64,000 nucleotides of DNA from Marinicella sp. (lineage in GTDB: Bacteria; Pseudomonadota; Gammaproteobacteria; Xanthomonadales; Marinicellaceae), in assembly GCA_965230295.1 (NCBI GenBank), contig OZ246001.1, forward strand, positions 2,784,001 to 2,848,000, given 5' to 3'. The notes under the pieces were generated by a model. That model was given only the letters and a program-made list of their open reading frames with translations. It ran no database searches and was not told where the DNA came from. The translations under genes and the position numbers were made by a program. Shown piece after piece: positions 29,903 to 39,783 of the stretch. Each line of letters starts with the position of its first letter. Positions within the stretch are counted from its first letter, which is position 1.

Positions 29903-30364
29903 TCAGCGATTGAAGAATAATAACAGCATCAAAGTTGTGATCACCAAACCACTGATCCTGATTCGTAACTGCCAAAACCATGACGGGATCAGGCCAGCTT
30001 GGTGAGCATATCGGTCAATCAACAATGCCAAGATAAATGCAAGCAGGATGGTCGATATGCCAATAAAGCTGGCAAATGCAAACAGGCTGAACCACGCCAG
30101 TAAAGCCAAAACATTACTGATGATGAAGTATTGTTTTTCTGTGGCTTGGTTGAGTGAAATTCCCCATTGTATGCCCCCCAAAAAGCCCACGATGACCGCA
30201 CCGTAAGTGTGTGCAACCATATAAGACTTGAATCTGGAAAAGCGCAATTCGGTGTCAAAGAGTGCGTTTAAATCAAAGAAGCCATAGGCGCTTATAGCCA
30301 ATGCATAAATGAAAGGGAGGGTGCCCAGTGTAGCCAGTGCAATGGGTTTGGAAGGGGAATTCAT
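29903..30364 (-). CDS. DUF3429 family membrane protein (paralog 2)
   Basis: LGTLPF, YGAVIVGFLGGIQWG, SNVLALLAW, IDR...PSWFWQLR. Confidence 0.8.
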   Translation of the reverse strand: MNSPSKPIALATLGTLPFIYALAISAYGFFDLNALFDTELRFSRFKSYMVAHTYGAVIVGFLGGIQWGISLNQATEKQYFIISNVLALLAWFSLFAFASFIGISTILLAFILALLIDRYAHQAGLIPSWFWQLRIRISGLVITTLMLLLFFNR

Positions 30365-30558
30365 CAGTCCAATATAAAAGTTTAATTGTCAAAATAACGT
30401 GTAAAGGCAACTTTCTTCATCGTTTAATTTTACTGAAATACAAAAATGTAAATAAAATATATTAATTGATTTGCAATCATGGGTTAAAATGTTGGATAAG
30501 GTTCTATATTGAACCCAATAAAAACGCAACACTAACCAGCTAATCAAAAGGGGGAATT

Positions 30559-33543
30559 ATGAATGCTACAAAGCAATCAATGGGTATGCTGAGTCTGTTG
30601 TTGATCTTTGGCTCAGCCAGTGATACATCAGCACAAGATACGACCGAAAATACAGAAGTCACATCCAGGTACATCGAGGAAAAGTCTCAAAGGGGGTTAA
30701 ATGAAACACTCCATGAAGACAGCCTAGGGGTGGTTAGGCCTGATCTGTACCTGCAGTCTATGAAGGCATTTAAACAGATTCAAATTGGTCCAAGTGCCTA
30801 TTTAGGTACCAATGTGGATTGGCAGCAGATTGGCCCGGCACCTGCAACAGTTAACAGTTATCTTGAAGGGAATGGGCAAATGCCAGGCCCGAATGCCGCG
30901 GCGGTCATTGATATGGTCATTGATCCAAGCGGCGGCACTGATCAAACAGTTTACGCCATAACCAATGATGGTGGTGTTTGGAAAACCACCGATGGCGGAA
31001 TAGTCTGGAGCCCCAAAACTGATCATTTGGGGACCTTGTCCTTTGGCGCCATTGCTTTGGATCCCAATAACCCTCAAATCGTCTATGCCGGTACCGGGAA
31101 TATTTTCAACAATGGGTATTTCAAGGCGATCGGTATTTATGTCTCAACCGATGGAGGAGAAACCTGGAACTTAACGGCTGGCAGTTCAGTATTGAGTGGC
31201 ATCGGTATCAATCGCATCGTTATGCCACAGTCTGGTATCTTGGTTGTGGCAACCAACCAAGGTCTGTTTCGCTCGATCAATTCCGGAGCTTCATTCACGC
31301 GGGTAGAGATTGGTGGACGGACCAATGATTACATTACCGATCTGGATATCCACGAAGGTGGATCTACAATATGGGCTTCAGTCAATGGCCGTGGTATTTA
31401 TGCCTCTACTGATCTTGGCGCTAATTTTGGAACCAATTTATGGAGTGCCGGGAACGGCACAGTCCCAACTGGGTCCTATGGGTTTGTTTCACTGGGGGTC
31501 TCTGTTGATGGGCAAACCATGTACGCCAATGCCGCTTTGTATCCAGGTGTAGGTGTGTACAAGTCCACCAATGGTGGCAGCCACTGGATTGACATCAGTG
31601 CTCAAGCCACAAGAAATGCACCTGGAATCCCGTTTTGGAAACAAGTGAATGCCTGCCAATGTGGCTATGACCAAACCTTGGCAGTGGACCCGGTCGATGC
31701 GAATCGAGTATATATGGGCTTTCAGGACATGTGGTTATCGGAAGATGGTGGTGAGAATTGGAAGGACATTTCCTACAGTTACAACAATGGAATGCCGGAT
31801 AAAGAACAACTTCATGTGGACTTTCATGTCACCGTGTTCAGTCCTGCGCCTCACCGAGGTAGCCCATCCGAACCCACCAGAATGTGGGCGGGGAATGATG
31901 GTGGCATTTGGTCTACCAGTAACGCCGGTGAAAGCTGGACCAATCACAATGCTGATCCTTCCGCAGTACCCAAGTTGAGCTTTGCCACCAACTTGTTCCG
32001 CGGTATTGATACTGGTCGAGGTACAGGAAACAATGTTTACACCTATGGAGGCATGCAAGACACCGGAACGGCTGCTGGTAACTCTACTTTGCAATCTGGT
32101 GGCACATTTCCATGGCGAGAATGGGGTGGTGGAGATGGTGGTCAAGCAGCTGTGAATTGGCAAGATCCTCAGAAAGCTTATGGGATGTGGGGTAACATCA
32201 TCTACACCCATGATGCCGGTGCCAGCTATCATTGGTCAACCGTCCATTGCCCAGATGGGCCTGCGCAAAGTTTTGCAGAACTGGAAACCGGACCTACCAA
32301 TGGATTCGTGTATTTGTCCGGCGCATGTGGAAACATCCCGACTTTGTTTGAAAGCCAGGATGATGGCTTAAATTATTCTGTATACCACCAGTTCAATGGT
32401 GTGAACGGGCAGGTTCGTTCCATAGGCGTGACGCCAGCCAATGCCAATACCATTTATGTGAGTTTATCTGATGGGACTGTGTATCGCTTGAATAAAGCGA
32501 ATGGAGAAGTCAACGCAACAGACATTAACATACCGAACGCCATTGCTGGCCAGGTACCCAAATTAGCCGTTAATCAAGCCAATGCTGACTGGGTACTGGC
32601 TGTCTATGCAGGTTATTCACAGCAGGTTCTTCCATCACGTTCTAAGCATGTGTACTTGTCATGGGATGCAGGTGCCAATTGGCGTGACATCAGCGGCCAG
32701 AACCCAATGGGTTACATACCTGATTTACCGATTTACGCAGGGGTGTTTGATGTCAATTCAGAACCCAATTCAATTTTAGTGGCATCTGACTTTGGTGTGC
32801 TCAGAACCTACGATTTTGGTTTGACCTGGCATGTGGCAGGCCCTGATTTACCCAATGTACATACCAATGACTTGGAAATTGATACATTGGTCTCGCCATC
32901 ATTGGTTAAAGCAGGTACTTACGGTCGCAGCACCTGGTCTGCTGATTTGCCGGTTGGGGATCAAGTCTTTGGCCAACTTTCACCCAAATTTTATCCGGTG
33001 GGGAGCGTAAAATGGGTCAACAACACCAATGAAGATTTGAACATCAGTTGGATTGATCAAGTAGGCCGAGAAAATCCTTATGCCACTATACCAGCAGGCG
33101 CTCCCATCAATACCAATCACATGTATTTCACTGGTGTTTCCGTGGTCCGTGACCAGGCGAAAAATGTGGTTTTACCTTATGTGGTCAATGGCAGCAACGA
33201 CCAAGAAGTGGTCATCAGTCAAGCAGCATTGGACCGGGCCAAGGCCAATGCCCTGACTGGTTTTCCAGGAATGCGTTCGGTTCCCGGCTCGCACCAAGTT
33301 ACTAACTTTCCGGTCAACAACCATTCCAGCCAGACATTGGATGTCAACTGGATCCAACCCGATGGTGAGACCAGGCAGATGATGCAATTGAAAGCCGGCG
33401 GTAAAGCTTCAATAGGTCCGGTGTATTTTGGTGGCACCTTTACATTTACTGATACCAATCGGAAGGTGGTGGGGGTCTTTACAGCATCGGATGCCAGGGG
33501 ACAGTCCATGGACATCAACGATACTTTGATTAACTCTTGGTAG
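30559..33543 (+). CDS. Secreted BNR/Asp-box beta-propeller protein (VPS10/GH74-like) with two C-terminal VHL-beta-like domains
   Basis: Signal peptide. Many Asp boxes (KTTDGGIVW, STDGGETW, STNGGSHW, SEDGGENW, SWDAGANW). C-terminal repeats of the form NxxxxxLxxxWIxxxG. Confidence 0.8.
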   Translation: MNATKQSMGMLSLLLIFGSASDTSAQDTTENTEVTSRYIEEKSQRGLNETLHEDSLGVVRPDLYLQSMKAFKQIQIGPSAYLGTNVDWQQIGPAPATVNSYLEGNGQMPGPNAAAVIDMVIDPSGGTDQTVYAITNDGGVWKTTDGGIVWSPKTDHLGTLSFGAIALDPNNPQIVYAGTGNIFNNGYFKAIGIYVSTDGGETWNLTAGSSVLSGIGINRIVMPQSGILVVATNQGLFRSINSGASFTRVEIGGRTNDYITDLDIHEGGSTIWASVNGRGIYASTDLGANFGTNLWSAGNGTVPTGSYGFVSLGVSVDGQTMYANAALYPGVGVYKSTNGGSHWIDISAQATRNAPGIPFWKQVNACQCGYDQTLAVDPVDANRVYMGFQDMWLSEDGGENWKDISYSYNNGMPDKEQLHVDFHVTVFSPAPHRGSPSEPTRMWAGNDGGIWSTSNAGESWTNHNADPSAVPKLSFATNLFRGIDTGRGTGNNVYTYGGMQDTGTAAGNSTLQSGGTFPWREWGGGDGGQAAVNWQDPQKAYGMWGNIIYTHDAGASYHWSTVHCPDGPAQSFAELETGPTNGFVYLSGACGNIPTLFESQDDGLNYSVYHQFNGVNGQVRSIGVTPANANTIYVSLSDGTVYRLNKANGEVNATDINIPNAIAGQVPKLAVNQANADWVLAVYAGYSQQVLPSRSKHVYLSWDAGANWRDISGQNPMGYIPDLPIYAGVFDVNSEPNSILVASDFGVLRTYDFGLTWHVAGPDLPNVHTNDLEIDTLVSPSLVKAGTYGRSTWSADLPVGDQVFGQLSPKFYPVGSVKWVNNTNEDLNISWIDQVGRENPYATIPAGAPINTNHMYFTGVSVVRDQAKNVVLPYVVNGSNDQEVVISQAALDRAKANALTGFPGMRSVPGSHQVTNFPVNNHSSQTLDVNWIQPDGETRQMMQLKAGGKASIGPVYFGGTFTFTDTNRKVVGVFTASDARGQSMDINDTLINSW

Positions 33544-33619
33544 TCCAAGCGTTGGCTGTGCTCTCGAGATGACTTGAGATCATGTTGGCGCATTCAGGGG
33601 AGGCTTTATTCAGCTTCCC

Positions 33620-35227
33620 CTATTTTTTAGTCATTGTAGATTGCTCGATGGCATGGGCTGCAAAACCTGCGCCGGCTTCAGTGTGCATGTCAAACACGAT
33701 TTTTACACCCGCTTCGTTGAGTTGTGTCATCTCATCCTCAAATTTAGCTGTGGCAGCAATTTTTCCTTTAAAACCAGTTTCTTGAAGCATTTCAACGACC
33801 TCCATGGTGGAACTGAAGTTGGGCAGGGTTAACAGCACCAGTTCGAGCTGGTTGGATTGATTAACCCGATCCCAAAAATCTGGGTCACTGGGATCGCCCA
33901 ATATGACGTTGCGGCTGTCGTTGCATTGGTTGGTCACTGTAGTGGCGTTGATGTCAATGCCTACAACCTTGTTTTTGTGGTTTATATTTAACTGATCATA
34001 AGCACCGGTACCGACCGCACCCATACCGATGACAGCTATTTCGGCATCACCCAAATCAACCAATTGGTCATAGGACAGTCTGTGATCGCTTTGGGTTTTT
34101 TTCAATGTTTTTCGGTGTTGGGCATAAATGTTGTTGGCATGTGCACTGAGGATGGCTGAAATGATGAATGAAAACGCGATGGTCAAGGCCATCACCAGTA
34201 ACCAATCCTGATCAATCCAGTTGTTGGCTACACCGATTGCGATCACTATCAAACCAAATTCACTGTAATTGCTCAAGTTGATGGTTGACAAGAGTGAAGT
34301 TCGGGCCCTGAGGTTGAACTTAACGAATAAGTAATAAAACACACCTCCTTTGAGCACAATTAATGGTGTTAAGGCAGTCGCCATGAAAATGATGTCTGGC
34401 CCTGGTAAACCATTCAGACCCACCGAAAGAAAGAAGCCTAATAAGAACAAGTCTTTAAAGCCCAACATGGTTTTGACCAACTCTTCAGACTTGCGATGAG
34501 ATGCAATCATCACACCCAGTATCAGGGCCCCTAAATCACCTTTAACGCCCACCAATTCAAACACCTCAGCCCCACCCACAGCCAAGAGAAAGCCATACAA
34601 AATCAATAACTCACCGCGGCCCACCCAATCAAACACTTTGAACAAAATCGGTCGCAGTGGGATTAATAGCAACAATGAGAGGGCCCAGACAGAAGGCATT
34701 TTGCCAGTGGATGTGGCCAAAAAGACCACTGCAAAAATATCCTGGATGATCAGGATGCCAATGGCTAAGCGGCCGTGTAAGGAATCCATTTCTCCTTTTT
34801 CTTCCATGGCTTTGACCACAAAGACAGTGCTGGAAAAACTCAAGGCAAAAGCCAATAATGCCGCTTGTTGCAGGGTTATACCTAACAGCAGTGTGGCACC
34901 AGAGGTGGCGGCCAACATGACCAACCCTGTGAACAAAACCACCACCACTGTGGTGTGAAGCAAAGTGACTCCCCAGACTTGTGGTCGGAGGATGTTTTTC
35001 GGGTTTATTTTCAGGCCGATGGTGAACAACAACAAGGTGATGCCCATATCAGCCATCTTGTTTAGCAAATTGCCATCGATGTTACTTTGTGAACTCAGAA
35101 CAAAACCGGCAATCAAAAACCCCACCATCGGTGGCAGCCCCATCCGTTTTGAGATCAAACCTAAAATAAACGCCATGCCTATCCACAGCAGGTCATTCAG
35201 TGCCAAAGCCACCCAAGCGAAATCCAT
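33620..35227 (-). CDS. CPA2 cation:proton antiporter with TrkA-N (KTN) domain
   Basis: GLPPMVGFLIAG, LLLFTIGL, SFSSTVFVVK, GILIIQD, FFLSVGL, SEFGLIV. C-terminal IGMGAVG Rossmann fold. Confidence 0.9.
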   Translation of the reverse strand: MDFAWVALALNDLLWIGMAFILGLISKRMGLPPMVGFLIAGFVLSSQSNIDGNLLNKMADMGITLLLFTIGLKINPKNILRPQVWGVTLLHTTVVVVLFTGLVMLAATSGATLLLGITLQQAALLAFALSFSSTVFVVKAMEEKGEMDSLHGRLAIGILIIQDIFAVVFLATSTGKMPSVWALSLLLLIPLRPILFKVFDWVGRGELLILYGFLLAVGGAEVFELVGVKGDLGALILGVMIASHRKSEELVKTMLGFKDLFLLGFFLSVGLNGLPGPDIIFMATALTPLIVLKGGVFYYLFVKFNLRARTSLLSTINLSNYSEFGLIVIAIGVANNWIDQDWLLVMALTIAFSFIISAILSAHANNIYAQHRKTLKKTQSDHRLSYDQLVDLGDAEIAVIGMGAVGTGAYDQLNINHKNKVVGIDINATTVTNQCNDSRNVILGDPSDPDFWDRVNQSNQLELVLLTLPNFSSTMEVVEMLQETGFKGKIAATAKFEDEMTQLNEAGVKIVFDMHTEAGAGFAAHAIEQSTMTKK

Positions 35228-35367
35228 ACAGTTGATCCATCTGTTAAATCAAAAACAAAAGTGTGCACTGCTCAGCAGATGATTTCAATCTCTAAGTCAT
35301 GAAAAGTTCAGAATTTTAATGATTGTAGGGTGGCATGAATGATTGGTGAGGATGGGCAAGCCATTGA

Positions 35368-37284
35368 CTATCCCTCGAAATCATCTTCATAAATCAAATC
35401 AGCAGGGTTCCACTTGACCAAAGCACGACACAATTGATTTTGTGTATTGGCTTGAAATTCAAATTTGAGCCTGTCGGTTCCAGCACCATCGAAGCTGAGC
35501 TGAAACTGGGCCAAGCCATTCACATCGGTGTTGGTGTTGATCGATGTACCAGCATGGGGTCCTTCGGTAATATTCATGGTAACGGCATGAGCGTCCATTG
35601 GCGCCCCATTCAATTCGTGCAACCACAAGTTGATGGTGGTAGGTTGGGCATCTCCTTCATTGACAAAGCTCATGAAAGTGGTGTGGCAATATCGCCCGAT
35701 ACTGACAGTCTGATTGGCCATGATTGCTGTGCTCAAAGTTTGATTAACTCCGTCAGGCCAGGTAATTTGTATACTTTGGGTTTGGGCTTCAGTGGCCAAT
35801 CCAAAGTGTTGGGTTAACGAGTTGTTCGACAAATAGTTGTTGTCATGGCGCAGTTCTCTGGTTTGGCTCATGCCAAGGGTGTGGACAGTGATTTTTGAGT
35901 TGGTGGCATAGGGGTTACTGCCCGTATCAAACAGTCTGATGGCCAAATGATTGTTGCTGTTGACCAAATTGTTCTGGTACAGTTTATAGCCATCATTATT
36001 TGGCATCACCAAAATATCTAAATCACCATCCAGGTCATAGTCAACGCAGCTGACACCTCGACCTTGTCCTGTGTAGTCCAAACCAAAAGCAGCCGAAGAT
36101 TCAGTAAAAGTGCCATCCCCATTGGCAAGAAACAATCGACTTGGATCCTCATGAAATTCAACACCGATGATTGGCGATGGAAAACCGTTCTCGTGGTAAA
36201 TATCCAGATGCCCGTCATTATTGAAGTCTGCAAAGCAAGATCCCCAGCCCCAATAACCTTCTCGCACGCCTGTTTCATCGGTGGCATCTTCAAATACACC
36301 ATTGCCGGTATTTCGGTAAAAACGATTTCCAGTTACGCCCCAATTGCCTTCTGCAATGCCATCAGGATCCCAAATACTGCTGACGAACCAATCCATGTCT
36401 CCGTCATTGTCATAATCCCCGATGGCAGAACCCATACCGTTTTCATCAGTGATGAATGCCGGTTGAGTTACACTGAATGTGAGCTGGTTATTGAGAATGC
36501 CGTTTGAATATAAAATTCTGGTGGTACCAAAATCAGAAGTCATCAATACATCCAGCCATCCATCGTTGTTGATGTCAGTCACATTTGGGGTAAATGTCCA
36601 TTTATTGAAATTGGCATTTTGAGGAATACCTAAATAGGTTAAAGTCACATCCGTGAATTGACCGTTGCCATCATTCTCCCAAAACAATTGCTTACTGGTG
36701 GTGGCATTGTCAGATGACCAATGGGTCATGAACAAGTCAAGATCACCGTCTTTATCCAAATCAGCCAAGGAGCCACCATAACTGGGCATGCCTGAATAAA
36801 AACCTGAAGTGAGTGTGGCATCTGAGAAAGTTTGATCACCTTGGTTGATGAACAAGCGCGGGCGGTTTTCTAACACATTGATATCAGTACCAACGGGATC
36901 TTTCCAGTGGTTGATAGAAAACACCAACAAATCCAAATCAAAATCACCATCCACATCAGCGAATATGGGCCCTGAGCCTAAGATGTCGTATAAATCAACG
37001 CCAGCGGTCGCCGCCACGTTAATGAAGGTGCCATCGCCATTGTTTTGGTAAAGTGCATTGTGGTTGTTACTGCCACCCAGTAAGTAGAAATCAACATAGC
37101 CATCAAAGTTAAAATCAGCCACCGCACCGCCAGCTGCGATGTCTACTGGCTCTTTGGGTTTTTCTGTGTAATTGGAATGTACCAGATTGATTCCGGCCTG
37201 GGAACTGACTTCATTAAATGTTTGTGCATTGGCAGTCAGACAAAAAAATCCCATGACAAGCAATAACAAATGGTCTGATCTCAT
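35368..37284 (-). CDS. Secreted CRTAC1/ASPIC-UnbV FG-GAP repeat protein with Ig-like domain and DLIYEDDFEG tail
   Basis: Signal peptide from MRSDHLL. FG-GAP repeats (ADFNFDGYVD, ADLDKDGDLD, GDYDNDGDMD, DYDLDGDLD). UnbV domain YLSNNS...HFGL...ITWPDG. Confidence 0.85.
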   Translation of the reverse strand: MRSDHLLLLVMGFFCLTANAQTFNEVSSQAGINLVHSNYTEKPKEPVDIAAGGAVADFNFDGYVDFYLLGGSNNHNALYQNNGDGTFINVAATAGVDLYDILGSGPIFADVDGDFDLDLLVFSINHWKDPVGTDINVLENRPRLFINQGDQTFSDATLTSGFYSGMPSYGGSLADLDKDGDLDLFMTHWSSDNATTSKQLFWENDGNGQFTDVTLTYLGIPQNANFNKWTFTPNVTDINNDGWLDVLMTSDFGTTRILYSNGILNNQLTFSVTQPAFITDENGMGSAIGDYDNDGDMDWFVSSIWDPDGIAEGNWGVTGNRFYRNTGNGVFEDATDETGVREGYWGWGSCFADFNNDGHLDIYHENGFPSPIIGVEFHEDPSRLFLANGDGTFTESSAAFGLDYTGQGRGVSCVDYDLDGDLDILVMPNNDGYKLYQNNLVNSNNHLAIRLFDTGSNPYATNSKITVHTLGMSQTRELRHDNNYLSNNSLTQHFGLATEAQTQSIQITWPDGVNQTLSTAIMANQTVSIGRYCHTTFMSFVNEGDAQPTTINLWLHELNGAPMDAHAVTMNITEGPHAGTSINTNTDVNGLAQFQLSFDGAGTDRLKFEFQANTQNQLCRALVKWNPADLIYEDDFEG

Positions 37285-37603
37285 AAAATATTTAAATTGG
37301 GTTTGTGGTTCGATGATTAATGATGCAACTTTTATATCAACAAATTTTGTTGAGCACAACATAAACAAAGGATTTTAAACCATTTACAGCTAAGCCAGTG
37401 TTTTAAATCAACAGTTACTGAACAGTTACAGTTTAAATTTCAGTGCACTTTGAAATGGCGGGTCATGCAGGTACAATTTTCGGGTTTATTTGTACTTCTG
37501 ATGTGGGTTTAAGTGGATGATTTGGAAGCTGCCGGTGTTTCTCAGGTTAATCAACATGGTCCAATGGTACATCCACTTCAGATATTGCCCATGGGTGACA
37601 AGA

Positions 37604-37837
37604 CTATCTTATGGGTTCACATTTGAATGTGCGTTGTGCTTTACCTGTTTTCTTGTCTTCATCCGTGGACTTGATAACAATTTCTGTGCTGTAAACGGGT
37701 TCGTAGCCGATGGGACACTGCTGTTGGAAATCAGCTTTGCCACCTTGGGTCGGGTCCAAAGGATCGATGGGGTCGGAAGCGCAGCTGGCCAAAGCCAGTG
37801 TCAACATACCGATGACTGGGGTGTTTTTTAGATTCAT
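37604..37837 (-). CDS. Small lipoprotein of unknown function
   Basis: Lipobox LASC after a hydrophobic stretch, with two further Cys (CPIG, KCEP). Confidence 0.6.
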   Translation of the reverse strand: MNLKNTPVIGMLTLALASCASDPIDPLDPTQGGKADFQQQCPIGYEPVYSTEIVIKSTDEDKKTGKAQRTFKCEPIR

Positions 37838-38272
37838 GTTTCCGCTCTTTTTTGGTTGTGCTTAGATTCTAGCAAACAGAAAATTATGATTGTGTGAAAT
37901 CATGCATAAATTCTTATAAAGGAACACTGAGGAAGGCCACAGGTTTTAGCAAGAAATACTCTCATGAAAACGACGACTTCTCATGTTTTTTCGGTGTTTT
38001 GGTGGTACAATATCGGCGCTCAATTATGGTGGCTTCTTAAGTTATGCAGTCCATCACAGGGGGACATCCTGTTTGAGTTCAAAAGGGCTGCAAGACAGCT
38101 CAAATTGCTGCGATTCACTGTTCATGTTTTTGGATGAGGATTCAGCAATGATTTCTAAAGTAAGATTTTGATGCTGAAGACGTGTGCAATGACAAAGATC
38201 GTTGCAACCACGCTGTCTGAAGAAAATCACAGGTAATGGGCTTGGCCCACCAACAAATTAAAAGGTATATCT

Positions 38273-39769
38273 ATGACACGTAAAGTCTCTATGTTTATTG
38301 ATGGTCAATCAGTGATCAGCGAATCTGCTGACTGGTTGGATGTGACCGATCCGGCAACTCAAGAAGCCATTTGCCAAGTTCCGATGGCAACGGAAGCGGA
38401 AATGGAACGCGCCATTGCTTCGGCCAAAAAAGCGTTTGAAACCTGGAAAGATGTACCAGTCACCAAACGGGCACGTATGATGTTGAACTTTCAACATTTG
38501 CTGAAGGAACACCACGATGAATTGGCTGAAATCCTGGCCGAAGAAACCGGCAAAAATTTCGAAGATGCCAAAGGCGATGTCTGGCGTGGTATTGAAGTGG
38601 CAGAACACGCCGCCAACATCCCATCCATGATGATGGGTGAGACGGTTGAAAATGTGGCCTCTAAAGTGGATACCTATTCTTTGATCCAACCTTTGGGTGT
38701 TTGTGCGGGGATCACGCCCTTTAATTTTCCTGCAATGATTCCATTGTGGATGTTCCCAATGGCCATTGTTTGTGGCAACACTTTTGTTCTGAAGCCATCA
38801 GAACAAGACCCCAACACCCCCATGCGTCTGGCTGAATTGTTTTATCAAGCAGGTTTCCCTAAAGACGTATTACAAGTGGTTCATGGCGGTAAAGACCAAG
38901 TGGACCAAATCTTGAATCACCAAGACATCGAAGCCATTTCTTTTGTGGGTTCAGTGCCAGTGGGTGAACACATATACAAAACCGGCACCGATAACCTGAA
39001 ACGGGTTCAAGCGTTTGCTGGTGCTAAAAACCACATGGTGGTGATGCCGGATGCCAACAAAAATCAAGTGATCAATAACATCGCTGGTTCTGCATGTGGT
39101 GCTGCCGGCCAACGTTGTATGGCCATTTCGGTGGCAGTATTGGTGGGTGAAACCAGAGAGTGGATGGATGAGATCAAAGGCAAAATGGCCGAGATGAAGC
39201 CAGGGCATTGGAAGAAGCCTGACTCCTTTTATGGTCCCTTGATTTCACCCCAAGCCAAAGCAAGGGTAGAAGCTCTGATAGCCAAAGGTGTTGAAGAAGG
39301 TGCTGATTTGTTGCTCGATGGTCGTGGTTTGGAAGTTGAAGGATACCCCAATGGCAACTGGCTCGGCCCCAGTCTGTTTGACAACGTCACGACTGACATG
39401 AGTATTTACAGTGAGGAAATTTTTGGTCCGGTACTGTGTGTCATGCACGCAGAAACCCTGGAAGAAGCCATCGAGTTGATCAACAACAACCCTTATGGCA
39501 ACGGTACATCAATTTTCACATCATCAGGTGCTGCTGCACGCAAATTCCAACATGAAATTAAGGTGGGGCAAGTAGGCATCAACATCCCCATTCCAGTGCC
39601 ATTACCATTCTTCTCGTTCACCGGCTGGAGAAAATCCTTCTACGGTGATCAACATGCCTACGGTAAACAAGCCGTGCGTTTTTATACGGAAACCAAAACC
39701 ATCACTTCTCGTTGGTTTGAATCTGACATTCCGGATGATGCGGCACCGAATGCCACCATCAACTTATAA
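38273..39769 (+). CDS. mmsA: CoA-acylating methylmalonate-semialdehyde dehydrogenase
   Basis: [63 protein letters not shown]. Confidence 0.95.
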   Translation: MTRKVSMFIDGQSVISESADWLDVTDPATQEAICQVPMATEAEMERAIASAKKAFETWKDVPVTKRARMMLNFQHLLKEHHDELAEILAEETGKNFEDAKGDVWRGIEVAEHAANIPSMMMGETVENVASKVDTYSLIQPLGVCAGITPFNFPAMIPLWMFPMAIVCGNTFVLKPSEQDPNTPMRLAELFYQAGFPKDVLQVVHGGKDQVDQILNHQDIEAISFVGSVPVGEHIYKTGTDNLKRVQAFAGAKNHMVVMPDANKNQVINNIAGSACGAAGQRCMAISVAVLVGETREWMDEIKGKMAEMKPGHWKKPDSFYGPLISPQAKARVEALIAKGVEEGADLLLDGRGLEVEGYPNGNWLGPSLFDNVTTDMSIYSEEIFGPVLCVMHAETLEEAIELINNNPYGNGTSIFTSSGAAARKFQHEIKVGQVGINIPIPVPLPFFSFTGWRKSFYGDQHAYGKQAVRFYTETKTITSRWFESDIPDDAAPNATINL

Positions 39770-39783
39770 AAAGGTGCCGAAAA

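Noticed and set aside
30500-30515. Inverted repeat GGTTC-TATATT-GAACC upstream of the propeller gene
   Set aside because: Single short palindrome matching no operator I can name, with no second copy seen.
37517-37831. 104-aa plus-strand ORF
   Set aside because: Overlaps the minus-strand ORF that has a clear lipobox, which is the better call.
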